Below, piece after piece: positions 49,796 to 58,971 of a stretch of 64,000 bases of DNA. The notes under the pieces are model-generated. The model was not told the origin of the DNA. It saw only the letters and a program-made list of their open reading frames with translations, and made no database searches. The first letter of the stretch is position 1. Every line of letters starts with the position of its first letter. Source of the DNA: a virus (lineage: Duplodnaviria > Heunggongvirae > Uroviricota > Caudoviricetes); the IMG/VR virus record IMGVR_UViG_2909262264_000005. One strand, written 5' to 3'. Made by a program: the position numbers and the translations under genes.

Positions 49796-51361
49796 TCAGT
49801 GGTAGTAGCCCGGACCACGCAGGTTTTCATGCTCTGAAGCATATGTCGGATGTTGTTCGCCCTGGCGGGATAATGGAAGCTCCAGGTTCTCCCGATGGTG
49901 ACGCAGCAGATTGTCGATAAAGCGTCTGTCAGGGGCGTTATAGTGCAGGGCAACGTAACAGGCCTTTTCCAGTCGTTCCGGGCCGTATTTTTTCTGAAGT
50001 GCCAGCAGCCCCAGAACTGCACGATAAGCCAGTTCCGGATGGGGTTTTGCCTTCAGCATGGATTCAACCACCCGGCCTGTGGACGGGCCCGTACGTTTCC
50101 CCTGCTCGATCAGGCGTTCCGGTGTCCATGTCCCGTGCTGCCGGTGGCGCTCTGGCATGTGAAGCGGATTGGTTGTGTGTTTATATTCATGTGTGCTGCG
50201 CGGATGTTGCGCCACACACTGCCCCTTGTGCCAGAGTTGTACCACAGACTGCCCCGCCTTCAGTGACAGACGCTGACCGACCAGTTCGTGTGGAACGGAG
50301 TACCAGTGACGGGCATATTCAACGTGATAGTCAGGGCCAACCTTCACGGCTTTGTATTCCGTGTATTCATAAGGTGCCAGAGGCAGCGGAGAGAGTGCTG
50401 GCGCATCCAGCATGCGGAAGCGTTCTGCACGGGTTTGATTGCCGTACCCCTTCATTGGCCGGTTATTCATGTCCGTCAGTAACTCCCGAAGGCGCGCATT
50501 CAGCGCCCTGAGCGTGTGGAAGGTTTCATTACGGATGCGGGCAAGAAGCCATCGTTCGACGATGAGGACGCCGTTTTCTGCTTTTGGTTTATCTTTAGGT
50601 TTGCGCGGGCGGGCCGGGATAATAACCGTGCCATAGTGCTCAGCCAGCGCCTGATAACTGTCGTTGATGACAGGCTCATAGCGATCGGCTTTTTTGACTG
50701 CACTTTTGAGATTATCGGGGATGAGCAGCTTCGGCACGCCGCCCAGGAAGGTCAGGCAACGGCTGTGGGCATTTAACCATGACATCATGTCCTGACCTTC
50801 GCACGCTTCAACGTAGGTATAGTTGGATGCCCCCATCACGGCCACGAAGATTGCCACGCGGCGTATCTCTCCGGTGTCCGGATTAATAACAGGAACCGTA
50901 GGACCGCAGAAGTCGATAAAGAGCTTTTCGCCGGCACGATGCTCCTGGCGCATGGAGAGGCGTCGCGTTTTTTTCCACTCCCGGTAGCAACGGCAGAAGT
51001 GCGAGTATCCCATCGCTTTGTCACTCGCCTGTGCCTTGTATTCCATCCACAACAGCTGGCGCGTCACGCCCGGTTTTCTCATTTCCGTATCGAAGTACAG
51101 CATGTCAGGCATAACAAGCTCTGACGCAGAGGTGTCTTTGGGCGGGTAAATGAGTTTCTCCAGCGTGTCATGGGATATATCAGCAGGTAATGGCCATGAC
51201 AGAGAAGAGGCTTTGAAGCGTGCAAGAACCTCAAAAACGGTTGAGGCGCTGATGTGTAACGTCAGTCCGATACAACGGTTAGTCAGCTTCTGGTCGAACT
51301 TGAGCTGAAGGATCTTAAAACAGGTTTCCATAGTGCTCCTGGATTTTCTCTTTCTGGACAT
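49796..51361 (-). CDS. istA: IS21-family transposase IstA
   Basis: N-terminal HTH region, DDE-type core (…LFIDFCG…DNLKS…); start at MSRKRK (RBS GGAG) or 30 nt downstream at METCF (RBS AGGAG), uncertain. Confidence 0.85.
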   Translation of the reverse strand: MSRKRKSRSTMETCFKILQLKFDQKLTNRCIGLTLHISASTVFEVLARFKASSLSWPLPADISHDTLEKLIYPPKDTSASELVMPDMLYFDTEMRKPGVTRQLLWMEYKAQASDKAMGYSHFCRCYREWKKTRRLSMRQEHRAGEKLFIDFCGPTVPVINPDTGEIRRVAIFVAVMGASNYTYVEACEGQDMMSWLNAHSRCLTFLGGVPKLLIPDNLKSAVKKADRYEPVINDSYQALAEHYGTVIIPARPRKPKDKPKAENGVLIVERWLLARIRNETFHTLRALNARLRELLTDMNNRPMKGYGNQTRAERFRMLDAPALSPLPLAPYEYTEYKAVKVGPDYHVEYARHWYSVPHELVGQRLSLKAGQSVVQLWHKGQCVAQHPRSTHEYKHTTNPLHMPERHRQHGTWTPERLIEQGKRTGPSTGRVVESMLKAKPHPELAYRAVLGLLALQKKYGPERLEKACYVALHYNAPDRRFIDNLLRHHRENLELPLSRQGEQHPTYASEHENLRGPGYYH

Positions 51362-51563
51362 TGCCGTCTCCACTGGTTTAAACACGGCAATGAAGACTGT
51401 GGTGAAAAGAGTTAATTCCCGGAGTGACTGGCAGGATGCCAATCAATGATCGGAAGCATGCCAAATCGTGATCGATTGTGATGCCAAACTGTGATCGGAG
51501 ATGGATGCCAAATCATGATCGATTCGAATGCCAAACCGTGATCGATTTAGATGCCATTTTGCA

Positions 51564-51569
51564 CTCATA
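51564..51569. repeat. Target-site duplication, right copy (CTCATA)
   Basis: See left copy. Confidence 0.7.
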
Positions 51570-51785
51570 CTCTTCGGGCTTATATTTCCGCAATCGCGCA
51601 ACACAGCTGTCAATCATGATTCCTTCATCATCATCGCATTGTTGACGTGTTTTCTTTCCATGAGGTAGTAAACCTTTAAACCCTGCAGCAACAGGCTGCC
51701 AGTCCACACCACTGTTATCTGCTGCAGCCCATGCACCCCAGCGGTCCAATACTTCATACATATCACGCATCAACTTTCTCCACAA
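51564..51785 (-). pseudogene. Antiterminator Q, 5' fragment
   Basis: MWRKLMRDMYEVLDRWGAWAAADNSGVDWQPVAAGFKGLLPHGKKTRQQCDDDEGIMIDSCVARLRKYKPEEYE aligns with Q of prophage A; reading frame then enters IS sequence. Confidence 0.75.
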
Positions 51786-51787
51786 AA

Positions 51788-52783
51788 TCAGGCCAGTACG
51801 CCAATTGCCAGTGCACGATCGATAAAACGAAATATCAGCTCCAGCTGGGAGCCATACTTCTCTTCAAATGCCACGGTATCCGCATGCAGCTCGTCGTGAT
51901 GCTTTCTGCACAAAGGCAACACAAAGAGGTCATGCGCTTTTGTAGCCATTCCACCCTGACCGTGACCTATCAGGTGGTGGGGATCATCAGCAGGTTTTCC
52001 ACAACATGCGCACGGCTGCGTCTTAACCCATCGCGTGTACTTTTCATTAACCCAGCGGCGACGTTTGGGGCGTAACATAAAAGACTCCGGCGACTCCGGA
52101 TCCACTTTCAGCGCCAGCACCTTTTTCGCCTTATCCTGGATGATGCTGGTGGCAGGAACCGAAGGCATAAGGTCACTTTCCCGGGTAACAGACGGCACAA
52201 CAGGCTTCGGTAATCTCAGTGCCTTACGGGCTGCACTTTCCGGTAAGGCATCCGCCAGATCATTACGAATCAGCCACCAGCACAGTTCCGGCATTGTCAC
52301 AACGTGACTATCATCAAAACCGAGATCCCGACGCACAACAGACAACACCCAGCGGGCACTGTTATCCGTTGCCATTGATTCCAGCCGTTCCGTGAACTGA
52401 TCGCGCAGCTGGTTATCGCAGTGCCAGCACAAACGGATTGCGCCCGGAGCGTGTCGCATTGTTGTCATGTTCTCGCTGTGCCAGTCGGAATGAGGCCACT
52501 GGCAGCCTTTTTCACGAAGTAACCAGCTTTCAAGACATTCCACGCCACCAGCACGACGGATCACTGCCTCATTGCGGAACACGGCCCGAACGGCAGGATC
52601 ATCCGCCAGCGGTTGTGATGCCGCCGGAACGGCACCACTGGCGAAAGATGAATAACGTTCCGGCTCAGGCTCCAGCAAGACACGCCCCTGCATAAACAAG
52701 GGCATCAGCTCTGAACCTGGTCTGAACAATACGATCCCCATACGCGGGGCAATTTCAGGGGTCAGTAGTGCTCTCACGGTCAC
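51788..52783 (-). CDS. DUF968-like phage protein with C-terminal HNH-like Cys/His motif
   Basis: 331 aa; C-terminal …CACCGKPADDPHHLIGHGQGGMATKAHDLFVLPLCRKHHDELH. Confidence 0.5.
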   Translation of the reverse strand: MTVRALLTPEIAPRMGIVLFRPGSELMPLFMQGRVLLEPEPERYSSFASGAVPAASQPLADDPAVRAVFRNEAVIRRAGGVECLESWLLREKGCQWPHSDWHSENMTTMRHAPGAIRLCWHCDNQLRDQFTERLESMATDNSARWVLSVVRRDLGFDDSHVVTMPELCWWLIRNDLADALPESAARKALRLPKPVVPSVTRESDLMPSVPATSIIQDKAKKVLALKVDPESPESFMLRPKRRRWVNEKYTRWVKTQPCACCGKPADDPHHLIGHGQGGMATKAHDLFVLPLCRKHHDELHADTVAFEEKYGSQLELIFRFIDRALAIGVLA

Positions 52784-52784
52784 C

Positions 52785-53594
52785 TCAATGAACGGTATCG
52801 AGCAGCTTTAACAGCTCAGGGAATCGGGATTCGAAGAAATGCGGCTGCGTCTCGCGCGGATTTGCGGGACTGGTGATGTTCTTGCCGAACATGCAGCCTT
52901 TCGCCGTCAGCGACCAGAATTTTTTGATGTTGTTAATCGCAGTGCGGCTGTATCGTTCACGTTGTTCAACGATCCCCAGCTTCGCCATCTGGTGATATGC
53001 CTGATTAGCTGTCAGGCGGATACCATGCTGCTTCAGCAGTGCGCTCAGTGACAGCGTGGGGCGGCTTGAGCCATCAGGCGCGTCAACAGGAGCATCAATG
53101 GCATAGCGCGGTGCCAGATTCGGTAAGCCAACAGCCTCCTGGAGTTTCTGACAGGCACCAAGCACTGAAGAGTTAGACAGGTTTAATTCCCGGCGCATAA
53201 AGTCCAGCAGAATCACACCAGCCTGCATCTTGTCAGCAGCCTGTCCGGATAATTTTTCCGGTGCGCTTGTTACCATGTCGAAAGTACGGATCACCTTCAG
53301 ATGGAATGACGGGCTGATCCACATTGCATAGGCATACACCAGTTCCTTGCAGACATACGTTCCCCGTTCATTTCCCCCATGAATCACACTCACCGGGTCA
53401 ACACCCAAATTCTGGGTGTTGGTCAATTCATGAACAAGCTCAACAGTTTGTTGGCTGGAAAGAAACTTTCCTGGCTCCTTGGTTCTGGCATTTGCACCAG
53501 ATGCTACTGCTGCGCGATGCAGATCGTTCAGGCTGTAACGCCCATAAGCATCACGACGAACTTCAATACCATCAATGACCATCAGATTATTCAT
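52785..53594 (-). CDS. KilA-N domain antirepressor-like protein (Roi-like)
   Basis: N-terminal …GIEVRRDAYGRYSLNDLHRAA…GTYVCKELVYAYAMWISPSFHLKVI… typical KilA-N signature. Confidence 0.6.
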   Translation of the reverse strand: MNNLMVIDGIEVRRDAYGRYSLNDLHRAAVASGANARTKEPGKFLSSQQTVELVHELTNTQNLGVDPVSVIHGGNERGTYVCKELVYAYAMWISPSFHLKVIRTFDMVTSAPEKLSGQAADKMQAGVILLDFMRRELNLSNSSVLGACQKLQEAVGLPNLAPRYAIDAPVDAPDGSSRPTLSLSALLKQHGIRLTANQAYHQMAKLGIVEQRERYSRTAINNIKKFWSLTAKGCMFGKNITSPANPRETQPHFFESRFPELLKLLDTVH

Positions 53595-53613
53595 ACTTCG
53601 TTTCTCCTCTTAA

Positions 53614-54003
53614 TCAGGCGGCTGCACCCGCCGGTTTCTCATACTTACTGATAGTGATCTCGACCTTCCCTTTCGGGATAACCGGTCCCCACTCCACCAG
53701 CATTCTTTTCACCTGTCTGTCGTCTTCCCACACACCCGCGTGGGTCAGGGCGTCAAACAGCGCCTTGTTATAGTTGTCCAGATCGCGGATCCGGTTATCC
53801 GGAGGAAACAACACGATCTCCACTGAAGCAGGTGCCGACGTTGGTTTCGGCAGACGACGTAACTGCTCAACTATTGCTGCGCACGCCGCGCTCTGAAATT
53901 TTCGCCCCGCCTCGCTTATCAGGCTCTTACCAGCAAATGCCCCTTTGTTGGGGTGTCGCCAGTACGTGTTCACACTGGGCGGGAAAGGAAGGATCAACTT
54001 CAT
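53614..54003 (-). CDS. rusA: Holliday junction resolvase RusA
   Basis: …PPSVNTYWRH…DLDNYNKALFDALTHAGVWEDDRQV… matches RusA motifs. Confidence 0.85.
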   Translation of the reverse strand: MKLILPFPPSVNTYWRHPNKGAFAGKSLISEAGRKFQSAACAAIVEQLRRLPKPTSAPASVEIVLFPPDNRIRDLDNYNKALFDALTHAGVWEDDRQVKRMLVEWGPVIPKGKVEITISKYEKPAGAAA

Positions 54004-54326
54004 ACTTTCAGGCCCCTCTCATGTAACCAGTGGGCTGCACGCAACCTGGCGTTCTCCTCACCGGCAAGCAGTGCGCGGATGATACCGACCGCCTCGCTGT
54101 CGTCGTCCTTCACCGCGATATGAAGCGTTATCCCCCGGGCCACGCCACGCTTTATCGTGATGACACCTTTTTTCTCCAGTGCGCGAAGATGCTCCACCGC
54201 TGCATTCACTGAACGATATCCCAGCATGGTTGCCACCTCCTGATTGGTTGGCGGGAAGCCTCGTTCTTTCTGGTAAGAAATCAGCATATCCAGCACCTGC
54301 TGCTGGCATTGAGTTAATGTCGTCAT
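54000..54326 (-). CDS. LexA-N-terminal-like winged-helix DNA-binding protein
   Basis: 108 aa; …QQVLDMLISYQKERGFPPTNQEVATMLGYRSVNAAVEHLRALEKKGVI… resembles the LexA DNA-binding domain; no peptidase domain. Confidence 0.5.
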   Translation of the reverse strand: MTTLTQCQQQVLDMLISYQKERGFPPTNQEVATMLGYRSVNAAVEHLRALEKKGVITIKRGVARGITLHIAVKDDDSEAVGIIRALLAGEENARLRAAHWLHERGLKV

Positions 54327-54976
54327 GCCGCCATCTCCCTGACCAGTTTTTCTGCCTGCAGGCGAACCTGCGCCAGAAAGGCCTCACCACATGCCTCAAG
54401 TTCATCACGCCCGATGTAGCTGATTGCCGGTCCCTTCCAGGTCTTGTCGAAAACAGCAATAGCACCAGCGAAGAAAGCGCCTGTCGGCACCTGCTTCTCG
54501 TCCTTCGGTATAAACCAGGCAGGCAGTTCAAAACCAATACGCCCGCGAATAAAAGCAATATGATCTGCATCTTCCGGCCACCACACTTCGCTGGTGGCCG
54601 CTTTGATCAGGAAAACATAGCGCCCGCCCTTATCACGCATGGCACTGGCATGTTTCATGATGTAACGCATGCCGGTGATGTATTGCCCCTCATGCTGACT
54701 GGCGCGGCTGTATGGGGGATTACCAAAGGCAGCACCTTTAAGCTCCGCAAGACGTTCTGACCAGTCATGCGCCAGCGCGTTATCTTCCGCCGTGTAATAC
54801 GCGGCACATTTGGCGTTATCACCGTCAGTAAACAGATCCAGAACAAACGGGCCAAACAGGGTGTTAATTCCCCAGAAAATGTTGTCCGGCGTGCGCCACT
54901 GATCGCCCACTTCCTTCAGTTCATGGGCTGGTTTGTTCCGCAGTTCCACCAGCGCCTGGCAATATTTATTACTCAT
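54323..54976 (-). CDS. Phage N6-adenine DNA methyltransferase (NPPY motif)
   Basis: Start MSNKYCQALVELR; motif …AAFGNPPYSRAS…; orphan (no restriction partner). Confidence 0.75.
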   Translation of the reverse strand: MSNKYCQALVELRNKPAHELKEVGDQWRTPDNIFWGINTLFGPFVLDLFTDGDNAKCAAYYTAEDNALAHDWSERLAELKGAAFGNPPYSRASQHEGQYITGMRYIMKHASAMRDKGGRYVFLIKAATSEVWWPEDADHIAFIRGRIGFELPAWFIPKDEKQVPTGAFFAGAIAVFDKTWKGPAISYIGRDELEACGEAFLAQVRLQAEKLVREMAA

Positions 54977-55470
54977 TAAGCCCCCACGTAATTCCCTGAC
55001 AGATACCACTCTTCACCCGATGCAGCGCGCTTGCTGCTTTTCCGTAAGCACCGCTCACGACGCGCCAGAAAATTGTTTCGTTCTGGCTGGGAGTGGCTTT
55101 CACGGAATGCCGCCATCCACACGGTTGCAGCACGACGGTATAAGCCCCTGGACTCCAGTTCTTCAGCCTGGCGGGTCAGGCACAAAATCACCCGTGGATC
55201 GTTAGTGCCGACATAGAAATTGCGCACAGGTCTGGTTTCTCGAACTGGTTGTGGTTCCGGTTCCTGCGCTCTCTCAGTCAGGCGCGGGAAATGTCTGCGT
55301 GTATCTCCTTCACAACGGTGAGCCACACGCCCACTCTGACGTAACTTGCTTGCTGACTGCAGAACGCGCTGCCGTGAGTAACCTGCAAAAGCATCCGCAA
55401 TGTCTCCGGAAGTACACCCCGGATGGGCTTCAATGAATTTCTGAACTTCATTCAAAAGACTCATGATCAC
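54976..55470 (-). CDS. Hypothetical protein (164 aa)
   Basis: Arg-rich ORF tightly packed between the O-like gene and the methyltransferase. Confidence 0.45.
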   Translation of the reverse strand: MIMSLLNEVQKFIEAHPGCTSGDIADAFAGYSRQRVLQSASKLRQSGRVAHRCEGDTRRHFPRLTERAQEPEPQPVRETRPVRNFYVGTNDPRVILCLTRQAEELESRGLYRRAATVWMAAFRESHSQPERNNFLARRERCLRKSSKRAASGEEWYLSGNYVGA

Positions 55471-56285
55471 CCCCTGAATCCTGCCGGGATCTGGCTGTAG
55501 TCCACGTTGTCGTAACTGGCTTTGAAGTACGGGTCCTCGCGTCTGGCTGCAGATACCGCAGGAACTTCCCAGGATTCTTCGAAATGACGATCCGGACCAA
55601 AGAACGTGACAGCCTGTTTCACAAATTGTGTGCCGCTGTTACCCATCGCAGATACCCAGCCCGCGTAGCGTTTCACACCTTCCAGCATGGTTTCGGGGTT
55701 TACTCCCTCATTCAAACGGGCTTTCCAGGCTTTGAAGGCTGCAGATTTTGAATTGCCACCAGCACGTTTGGGATATACCAGCCATGCCTGCTCAAACTCC
55801 GGAGAGTATTCCGGTCGGTTTGAACGAACTCGCACGGACTCATCAACTGATGCACCAACAGCTATTGGTTCATTGACTGGTTCTTTGACAGGTTCAAAAG
55901 AGTGACTGGTTCTGGGTGAATCTCCTGCACTACCCCCTGGTGCAACTCCTGCACTACCTGGTGAATTTGCTGCACCAGATAGTGAATTATTTGCACTACC
56001 CCCTAGTGAATCTCCTGCACCATCCAGATGAAGGAGATAGATATTACTTGAGTTACCTTTTTCACCTTTCCGGGTGACTTTTTTTACCAGCCCGGACTCA
56101 CAAAGGGCCGCAATATGATTCATCACAGAACGTTTGCTAATCTCGCACTGGTCAGCAATATGCTGGTAGCTGGGCCAGCACTCACCCTGATCGCTGGCAT
56201 TATCAGCCAGCTTGATCAGAACCAGTTTTCGCAATGGATTACCCACTCGAATTTTCATCGCTTTAACCATCAGCTCCATACTCAT
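55467..56285 (-). CDS. Replication initiation protein (O-like)
   Basis: 272 aa; N-terminus nearly identical to 6600-7409. Confidence 0.7.
   Translation of the reverse strand: MSMELMVKAMKIRVGNPLRKLVLIKLADNASDQGECWPSYQHIADQCEISKRSVMNHIAALCESGLVKKVTRKGEKGNSSNIYLLHLDGAGDSLGGSANNSLSGAANSPGSAGVAPGGSAGDSPRTSHSFEPVKEPVNEPIAVGASVDESVRVRSNRPEYSPEFEQAWLVYPKRAGGNSKSAAFKAWKARLNEGVNPETMLEGVKRYAGWVSAMGNSGTQFVKQAVTFFGPDRHFEESWEVPAVSAARREDPYFKASYDNVDYSQIPAGFRG
55905..56095. repeat. Iteron-like repeats + AT-rich tract inside second O-like gene (putative ori)
   Basis: Same repeat family as 7035-7215 (GGTGAATCTCCTGCACTACC…), followed by GATAGATATTACTTGAG…TTTTTCACCTTTCC. Confidence 0.4.
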
Positions 56286-56518
56286 GCTGCACCTCCGAGA
56301 TGCTTCATGTTTTTTCCGGAGCGAAAGGCTATAAGCGGCATACTGACGCGGTAATTACGGCCCAGCGGTTCACAAACCACCTTCTGACATTCACGGTCAA
56401 CCAGGCTAACACGTAGAACATGCCCTGCAGGCGTGGTGTACCACTGCCCAACTGTAGGAATTGATGTTTTTTTACGCTGAAGCAAACGGCAAATATTGAG
56501 GATCAACGGATTAAGCAT
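56282..56518 (-). CDS. Hypothetical protein (78 aa)
   Basis: Paralog of 7406-7630. Confidence 0.5.
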   Translation of the reverse strand: MLNPLILNICRLLQRKKTSIPTVGQWYTTPAGHVLRVSLVDRECQKVVCEPLGRNYRVSMPLIAFRSGKNMKHLGGAA

Positions 56519-57347
56519 GACGATGCCCTCCGCTGATATTCAGGAGACGGTGAATATGAAAATTAGCCTTATCCGCCAAACGGATACGTTCAGCCTGCAA
56601 GTTAAGAAGGGTTTCTACCAGAACCTGATGCGCCTGCGGATCCGAAAGAGTTACCTTGCGCAGAGCACGTAGTGCAGTTGTTACATAACTGAGTTTATGT
56701 AAGTCTTCATCATTCAGACGAGTGAGGGCTGGGACAGTAGCCATGATGGCAGCCTCCGATAACAGTGAATTACCTTCACCACCGGAAACGCCAATTTCGC
56801 TGGTGGTGAACTGAACGGGGTTGGCGTAACCGGCGTTATCGGAAACCGGCGCACCTTTCGGTGCCCCCGTCCAGCCCACCATAATTTGGGTGTGCGCAGA
56901 CGCAGACGATAAAAAAGACGCTGGCGCGTCATATATCGCCGATAACATTTCCAGGACGCCAATCCCGGCACCCGCTTTATAAGGTGCCTGAACAGTGTAA
57001 CGTCCCGGAATGGCAGAATCAATGTGCTGGTGGTCCTTCACACTCAACAAAATCACGCCTGAATTTCCACAAAGGACTAAAGCACTCATGCGGGTAGTCT
57101 TTGCGAAGATAGATAACGCGCTGTGTTTCTGGCTCCCAACGAATAACATGGACATAAAGCCCTCTTCCATCACGAAACCAGCGGTTAAGTTCCTGCACAA
57201 CTCGCCCCCCACAGTCAGGTAAAGTTCTCTGTGGTTACTTACAGCCAGGTGATTTGGTAATCTGCATTCATGCCGTAACAACAGGTGTTCAGCGACACTG
57301 ACCACCAGCTGTTGCGACAAACGGTTATTTGCCGTTAAACTGTTCAT
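56511..57347 (-). CDS. Hypothetical replication-module protein (278 aa)
   Basis: Shares conserved core with 7853-8518. Confidence 0.55.
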   Translation of the reverse strand: MNSLTANNRLSQQLVVSVAEHLLLRHECRLPNHLAVSNHRELYLTVGGELCRNLTAGFVMEEGFMSMLFVGSQKHSALSIFAKTTRMSALVLCGNSGVILLSVKDHQHIDSAIPGRYTVQAPYKAGAGIGVLEMLSAIYDAPASFLSSASAHTQIMVGWTGAPKGAPVSDNAGYANPVQFTTSEIGVSGGEGNSLLSEAAIMATVPALTRLNDEDLHKLSYVTTALRALRKVTLSDPQAHQVLVETLLNLQAERIRLADKANFHIHRLLNISGGHRHA

Positions 57348-57907
57348 GCGTTAGTTTCTCCACAGACACAAAACGCCACGACGCCCGGAGCTGCACACTC
57401 GCGGGCGTCACTCTTTTCTGGAGCGCAAAAGATTTTGTAGACCAGTGCTGCATGCTCCTGGAGCTTCGAAATTGACAGATACAACTCATCATTAATTGCT
57501 GTCTGCTCGTGTGGCTCCACTACCCCATCTTCGATTGCCGAACGAATCTGCTTTGAGTAACTCCCGATCTGTTCGATGACTTCCAGCAGGCGCTGGTTTA
57601 TATCGGCGTTCTCTACTTCCTCAATTTCAGGAAGCGATACAAACACCCCACCAGCAGACTGTGCGACAGCATCCGCAATGTAGTGAGTGCCAGCCGCGCG
57701 CTGTAAAATCATTGCCCATCCCAGCGGGAAAATCTGATCGCCATCTGCACGAAGGCGGTTGAATAAAGCGTTCTCTGTTACATCCAGCCACTCAGCAGCT
57801 TCAGCGTAACCCCCCGGCAACGCCGCGATCGTTTTTCTGACAGCTTTCACGTACCACTCAGGCTGTTTTTCTACTTTCCAGTGATGCTTACCCACGGTTA
57901 GCCTCAT
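57344..57907 (-). CDS. Hypothetical regulatory protein downstream of cro (CII-like position)
   Basis: 187 aa, first gene after the Cro-like gene in the rightward early operon; family not assigned. Confidence 0.45.
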   Translation of the reverse strand: MRLTVGKHHWKVEKQPEWYVKAVRKTIAALPGGYAEAAEWLDVTENALFNRLRADGDQIFPLGWAMILQRAAGTHYIADAVAQSAGGVFVSLPEIEEVENADINQRLLEVIEQIGSYSKQIRSAIEDGVVEPHEQTAINDELYLSISKLQEHAALVYKIFCAPEKSDARECAAPGVVAFCVCGETNA

Positions 57908-57938
57908 CGTTCTGTGGTTAAAAATTGAAGGTGTTCTG

Positions 57939-58139
57939 TTAATCTTTCGGATAGATATCCGGTCTTAAGTCAGATTTCGTAATTGCACCTGACGTGCATT
58001 GCTCAAGTTTTTTAGCCAGCACAAAACTGGCTTTTTTATAACCATTGAAAACCAGCCGTAAGTAGCCAGGTGTTGAGCCAACTTTTCCGGCCAACTCGCC
58101 CTGCTGTTCTTTGGTTAAAGAGTCCCAATACGCTTTCAT
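57939..58139 (-). CDS. Cro-like HTH repressor
   Basis: Start MKAYWDSLTKEQQGELAGKVGSTPGYLRLVFNG…; divergent from the cI-like gene. Confidence 0.65.
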   Translation of the reverse strand: MKAYWDSLTKEQQGELAGKVGSTPGYLRLVFNGYKKASFVLAKKLEQCTSGAITKSDLRPDIYPKD

Positions 58140-58142
58140 ACA

Positions 58143-58213
58143 ATATGTACCTCCGATATACATATTACATGATTAAGATGAACCATCAAGATACTTGTAC
58201 CTTATCGGTACAA
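58143..58213. promoter_or_regulatory. Operator palindromes in cro/cI intergenic region of prophage B
   Basis: ATATGTA-N9-TACATAT (58143-58165) and TTGTACC-N5-GGTACAA (58195-58213); shared TGTAC half-site. Confidence 0.4.
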
Positions 58214-58229
58214 AGGTTTTAATTTCTTT

Positions 58230-58904
58230 ATGAAAACAGTCCATGACATCCGGCGGTCTAACGCCAGAAAACTGAGAGATGGTGTTGGCGGGAATTCTTC
58301 CTTTGCCACCATGATTGATCGCGAGCCAACCCAGACCAGCAGGTTTATGGGAGATGGTGCTACTAAAAATATCGGTGACAGCATGGCAAGGCACATCGAA
58401 AAATGTTTCGACCTGCCTGTCGGATGGCTTGATCAAGAACACCAGACCACGAACATCACAAAAAAACCTGATGTTTCAATCACTAACAAACAAATAACGT
58501 TAGTCCCTGTCATATCATGGGTACAGGCCGGAGCATGGAAAGAAGTTGGCTATTCTGAGGTTGATTTGAGCACAGCAGAAACTTATCCCTGCCCTGTACC
58601 CTGTGGCGAAATGACTTATATCTTGCGGGTGATTGGTGATTCAATGATTGATGAGTACCGCCCGGGAGACATGATTTTTGTTGATCCTGAAGTCCCTGCC
58701 TGCCACGGTGACGACGTTATTGCATTGATGCACGATTCAGGCGAAACCACCTTCAAGCGATTGATAGAAGATGGAACACAGCGTTATCTCAAAGCATTAA
58801 ACCCAAACTGGCCTGAGCCTTACATTAAGATTAACGGTAATTGCTCTATAATTGGTACAGTGATTTTCTCGGGAAAACCAAGAAGATACACAATAAAGGC
58901 CTAA
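58230..58904 (+). CDS. CI-like prophage repressor (HTH + S24 peptidase domain)
   Basis: 224 aa; C-terminal …LRVIGDSMIDEYRPGDMIFVDPE… LexA-type autocleavage domain. Confidence 0.8.
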   Translation: MKTVHDIRRSNARKLRDGVGGNSSFATMIDREPTQTSRFMGDGATKNIGDSMARHIEKCFDLPVGWLDQEHQTTNITKKPDVSITNKQITLVPVISWVQAGAWKEVGYSEVDLSTAETYPCPVPCGEMTYILRVIGDSMIDEYRPGDMIFVDPEVPACHGDDVIALMHDSGETTFKRLIEDGTQRYLKALNPNWPEPYIKINGNCSIIGTVIFSGKPRRYTIKA

Positions 58905-58917
58905 TCAATATTTATGA

Positions 58918-58940
58918 ACCTGCTTCGGCAGGTTTTTTTA
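58918..58940 (+). terminator. Intrinsic terminator after cI-like gene
   Basis: ACCTGC-TTCG-GCAGGT followed by TTTTTTT. Confidence 0.5.
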
Positions 58941-58943
58941 TAC

Positions 58944-58971
58944 TTGACAATGTACCCATGAGATACATAAT
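58944..58971 (+). promoter_or_regulatory. pL-like sigma70 promoter with operator-like half-sites
   Basis: TTGACA, 16-bp spacer, CATAAT; spacer contains TGTACC…TACAT related to the cro/cI operators. Confidence 0.45.

Larger units (their letters stand above)
48925..51563 (-). mobile_element. IS21-family insertion sequence, copy 2 (complete, 2639 bp)
   Basis: istA-istB pair; ends TGCGTATTCC…GCA with multiple CGATCACGG-TTGGCAT subterminal repeats at both ends; flanked by 6-bp direct repeats; interrupts Q. Confidence 0.9.
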
